From assembly GCA_013265495.1 (NCBI GenBank), contig MU058824.1:5467515-5531514 (forward strand): a stretch of DNA of 64,000 bases, given 5' to 3'. The notes beneath the pieces are model-generated. The model searched no databases. It saw only the letters and a program-made list of their open reading frames with translations, and had not been told where the DNA came from. Position 1 is the first letter of the stretch; every line of letters begins with the position of its first letter. The translations under genes and the position numbers were made by a program. Shown one piece after another: positions 61,110-64,000 of the stretch. Source of the stretch: Vicugna vicugna (lineage: Eukaryota).

Positions 61110-64000
61110 TGAGCTATAATTTATATACATATATATACATTTAAGTGAATAATTCAGTGAGTCTTGACAAATGTATACACCCGGATTACCATCACACCAC
61201 CTGTGATATACATTTCTATGGTTCCAGAAAGTTCCCTTGTGTCCCTTTGCACTCAATAACTCTTCCCTCTTGGCACCAGTCATTGATTTTCTTTCACTAG
61301 AACTGGTTTTGCCTATTCTAGAACTTGTCTGACCTCTTCTGTTCAACATGTTTTAGAAAATCACCCATGTCACTGCTTATAACAGTAATTTCTTCTTTTT
61401 ATTGTTGACTATGATGCCACTGTATGATCATTCTATGATGTTTTTATCCGTTCCCTTGTTGATGTACACTTGGGTTATTTTCTCTTTGGGGCCCGTGTGA
61501 ACAAAACTGTTGTGAACATTCTTGAACATTTTTTGTTGGGGGGGGTAGACATATATTTTAATTTCTCTTGGGTAAATACCTAGAAGTGTAACTGCCAAAT
61601 CATGTGATAAATGTGTATTTAACTTTATAAAAACTGCTGAACTCCTTTCTAAAGTGGTTGTACCATTTTATAATCCCGCTAGGAATGTATAAAAATTCAG
61701 TTGCTCCATATCCTTGTCAATACTTAGAATTTTCATGCTTTCAGTTTTGGTCACTCTAGTGGTATCTCACTTTTGGTTCTAATGTGGTTATGATGACTAA
61801 TGATTGTGCATCATTTCATGTGCTTATTGCTATGTTATATCTTCTTTTGTAAAATATCTGTAAAAGTCTTTTGTCCATATTTGTGTTATATGCATATATA
61901 TTTTGTGATTATTTTATTCTAGTGAATGTGGCATGGCTTTTTATTTTCTTAACAATTTCTCTTGAAGAGGTCTTAAATTTGGATAATATCCAATTTATAA
62001 CTGATTTTCATACATACTTATCTTGTATTTTGTGATCTTGCTAGATTTGCTTATTAATTCTAGTAATTTTTTTGTGGATTCCTTGGTAGTTTCAATGAGA
62101 TAAACATTTGACAATACAGATGGTTTTACTTCTTTTCATTCTTTATGACTTTTCTATTTCTTGTCTCATTGCACTGGCTGAACTGCTAGTACAATATTAA
62201 ATAGAAACACGAGAGTGAGTATTTTTGCCTTATTCCTGCTCTTGGTGTTCAGTATCTGATCATTAAATATGATTAGCTGTTTTTATGTTTGCCCTGTATC
62301 AAGTTAAGAAAATTCCCATTTCTGGTTTGCTGAGTTTTTATTATAAATGTATGAATGTTTCCAGTGCTTTTTCTGAAAGTACTGAGATATTCATTTGATT
62401 ATTCTCCTTTGTTCTGTCAAAATGGTGAACAACACTGATTAATTTCCTTAAGTTTAAATAAACTTGCATTCATAGGATAAACCCCACTTAGTCATGAAGT
62501 ACTATCATCTTTGGTATATATATATATATTGCTGAATTCTATTTGCAAAGATTTTGCTGAGAATTTTTGCATAAATGTTCTTGTTGGATAATGGTCTATT
62601 ATTTTCTTCTGATATCTTTGTCTGGTTTTGTTGTCAGAGCTGTACTGTTTTCATATAATGAATTGGGAAGCATTCCCTTCTCTAATATGTGAAAGATCTT
62701 GTGTAAAATTGGTGCTATTTCCTCCTTAAATGTTTGATAAAATTCAGTAGTAGAACCATCTAGCTCTGGATTTTGTTTATTGGACTAATTTTTCTTTTTA
62801 TTATAAATTCAATGCCCTTAATAAATATATGGCAATTTGCCATTTTATTTATTCTTGAGCTAGCTTTGGTAAATAGTACTTTTCAAATAATATGTTCATT
62901 TGATCTAAGTTATTAAGTTTATTGACATAAAGCTGTTTATTTTATTCATTTATTATCTTTTTAGTATAATTACAATCTATAGTGATAGCCCATCTTTTAT
63001 TACTGACACTGAATTTATCTTCTCTTTCTTGATTAATATTTAAAGGTTTATATCAGTTTCCTTATTTCAGAGAACCAGCTTTGCCTATGTTATTTCCTTT
63101 ATTGTTTGTTTGTTTTAATTTCATTGATTTCTATTCTTAAATTTATTGTGATTTTTCTTCTAATTATTTTTGGTTTAATTTGCTTTTATTTTTCTAAAAT
63201 ATACATGTAAATCATTTATTTTAAACTTTATATTTCTAATATAGTCTTTTAAGATTATAAAGTTTCTATTTTAAGACTATGATGTTTCTCTTATATATGT
63301 TTTAGCTTCATCTCACAAATTTTGAAATGTTGTGATTTTATTGTTATTTTTTGTAAAATATTTTGTAATTTCTGTAATGATTTCCTGTTTGGTCCATGGC
63401 TTATTTAGTGTTCTGTTACTTAATTACAAAATATTTTGGATTTTACTATATATAACTTGATTTTGAATTTAATTCCATTGTTGTCATAGGACATGCTCTC
63501 AAGATTTCCATCTTTGGAATTTACTGAGACTTCTTTCATGAGCTAGCCTATGGTCTGTGTCAGTGAGCATTCCATGAACACTTGAAAATAATTGTATGCA
63601 CTGCAGGTGCTGGGATTGTGTTCTATAAATGTCAGATCAGGTTAGCTGATCCTGTTGTTCAGATCGTCAGTATCCTTTGAGTTTTTGTCTACTTGTTCTA
63701 TCAGTTATGAAGAGAAAGCTGTTAAATATCTACAAGTATGATTCTGGACATTTTGATTTTTCCCTTTAGTTTTTTTTTCATATATTTAGAAGCTCATTAT
63801 TTAGGTATATATACATTTAGGAATATTATTTCTTACTGATGAATTGTCCCTTTCATCATTATGAAATATTCTTGGTCTTGAAGTCTACTCCTTCCTATAC
63901 TAATATAGTATGCCAGCTTTTTATACATCCTGGTTTCATGCTACGTATTTTTCCATCCTTTTATTTTCACTCTGTCTGTGTCTTTAAATTTAAAATTTAT
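61110..64000 (-). mobile_element. Old L1 (L1MB/MC-like), 3' UTR into ORF2, running off the window end
   Basis: Antisense 3' UTR ('gtaaatacctagaagtg', 'ttctaaagtggttgtaccatttt', 'gttgctccatatccttgtcaa') followed by RT and linker remnants ('acttgcattcataggataaaccccactta', 'aaattcagtagtagaaccatct', 'ttcagagaaccagcttt'). Confidence 0.85.

Noticed and set aside
1..64000. Remaining short ORFs in the supplied track, and the idea of a novel multi-gene system
   Set aside because: ORF lengths and composition match chance expectation or lie in repeats. Only the FTL relic and the L1 ORF2 fragment are recognisable, and there is no operon-like or linked coding structure.

Overview
Mammalian (eutherian) non-coding DNA, AT-rich and repeat-dense. 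I found no intact protein-coding gene, tRNA, rRNA or CRISPR array, so this looks like a large intron or gene desert. A young L1 3' end and the absence of recognisable primate, rodent, ruminant, pig or carnivore SINEs suggest a cetartiodactyl, possibly a camelid (inference). The one clearly recognisable gene relic is a processed pseudogene of ferritin light chain (FTL, minus strand, about 6712-8120). It has a decayed IRE, several indels, a 44-bp-period internal duplication, retained CpGs, and a 3' UTR split by a younger L1 with a 13-bp TSD. A second candidate retrocopy of about 1.28 kb, parent unidentified (18279-19565, minus), interrupts an old L1ME fragment. Other points of note are a twin-primed (5'-inverted) L1 inside a MER33, a triple-hairpin mosaic at 24821-24921, a perfect 89-bp duplication in an old L1 5' region, and several repeat-free, motif-dense blocks that resemble developmental enhancers. 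I found no evidence for a novel multi-gene system. Repeat family names come from recalled consensus sequences and have approximate boundaries; they need RepeatMasker/Dfam confirmation.
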